NCBI GenBank assembly: GCA_963702475.1
Contig: CAVPCT010000009.1
Coordinates: 160,001 to 224,000, forward strand
Direction: 5' to 3'
Origin: an uncultured Thermoleophilia bacterium
GTDB lineage: Bacteria; Actinomycetota; Thermoleophilia; UBA2241
DNA: 64,000 nucleotides
Within the stretch, counting starts at the first letter, position 1; each line of letters begins with the position of its first letter. This document shows, piece by piece, positions 63,302 to 64,000 of this stretch. The position numbers and the translations under genes are program-made. The notes below the pieces were generated by a model, which made no database searches, was not told the origin of the DNA, and saw only the letters and a program-made list of their open reading frames with translations.

Positions 63302-64000
63302 ACGTCCGGCTCACCGCCGTCGCCGTCATCGACGCCGCCCTCGCCGCCATCGAGGCCGAGCGCGGCGTCATCAACGACCTCAACGTCTATCCCGTCCCGG
63401 ACGGTGACACCGGCACCAATCTCGCCCTCACCGTCCGCGCGGTGCTGGACGAGCTCCAGCAGAGCGACGCCGAGACTGTCCCCGCGGTGGCCGCCGCGGT
63501 CACCAAGGGCTCGCTCATGGGGGCGCGCGGCAATTCTGGGGTCATCCTCTCGCAGATCGTGCGCGGCCTGTGCGAGGTGTGGGGCCGTTCCGAGAACCTG
63601 AGCACCGCCGGGTTCAAGGCCGCGCTCGCCGAGGGCACCTCGTGCGCATACCGCGCCGTCAAGGAGCCCGTGGAGGGCACCATGCTCACCGTGATCCGCG
63701 AGATGGCGGCGGCCGCCCAGAGCATCCCCGACGAGTGGGGTCTGGGCAAGCTGCTCGTGGCGGTCGAGGAGGCGGGGCGGGTGGCCGTGGAGAGGACCAC
63801 CGACCAGCTTCCGGCCCTCAAGAAGGCGGGCGTCGTCGACGCCGGCGGGTATGGGCTGCTCGTGCTCTTCCGCGGCCTCGCCGCCGGTATCGTGCGGCTC
63901 ATGCAGGGTGAGGTCCCGGCCGTCGCCCCGGCGCGTGTCGCGCTGCGCAGCGGCGAGACGCGCGCCCCCGCAGCCGCCGTCTCGGGGCCGTCCGAGCTCT
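63298..64000 (+). CDS. fakA: DAK2-domain fatty acid kinase subunit (YloV/FakA), partial
   Basis: INDLNVYPVPDGDTGTNL, GARGNSGVILSQ, AVKEPVEGTMLTV, GVVDAGG; runs off the window. Confidence 0.85.
   Translation, partial: MNVRLTAVAVIDAALAAIEAERGVINDLNVYPVPDGDTGTNLALTVRAVLDELQQSDAETVPAVAAAVTKGSLMGARGNSGVILSQIVRGLCEVWGRSENLSTAGFKAALAEGTSCAYRAVKEPVEGTMLTVIREMAAAAQSIPDEWGLGKLLVAVEEAGRVAVERTTDQLPALKKAGVVDAGGYGLLVLFRGLAAGIVRLMQGEVPAVAPARVALRSGETRAPAAAVSGPSEL

Overview
High-GC bacterial DNA with an actinobacterial look. The enzyme content (corrinoid proteins, CCG/Fe-S proteins, molybdoenzyme, AbfD-like protein) points to an anaerobe. The window opens with three toxin-antitoxin modules (1-1996) and ends in a core locus (rpmB, DUF1858, Asp23/YloU, DAK2/FakA; 62416-64000). 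Between them lies a ~60 kb catabolic region that I interpret as an anaerobic flavonoid/polyphenol degradation island. It encodes a bacterial chalcone-isomerase homolog, three phloretin/DAPG-hydrolase paralogs, two atypical Fe-S flavoenzyme (OYE) reductases, two ferredoxin + SDH/AprA-like flavoprotein pairs and a pyrogallol-phloroglucinol-transhydroxylase-like molybdoenzyme with an extra N-terminal domain. It also carries a CamK-like beta-diketone hydrolase, a BKACE, beta-oxidation genes, an AbfD-like protein lacking its Fe-S cysteines, corrinoid/UroD-fold methyltransferase modules (one decayed), an ABC importer and four MerR-TetR double-HTH regulators. Several otherwise intact genes carry small frameshifting indels, most likely sequencing errors. 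All family assignments come from motif recognition by eye; no database search was run.
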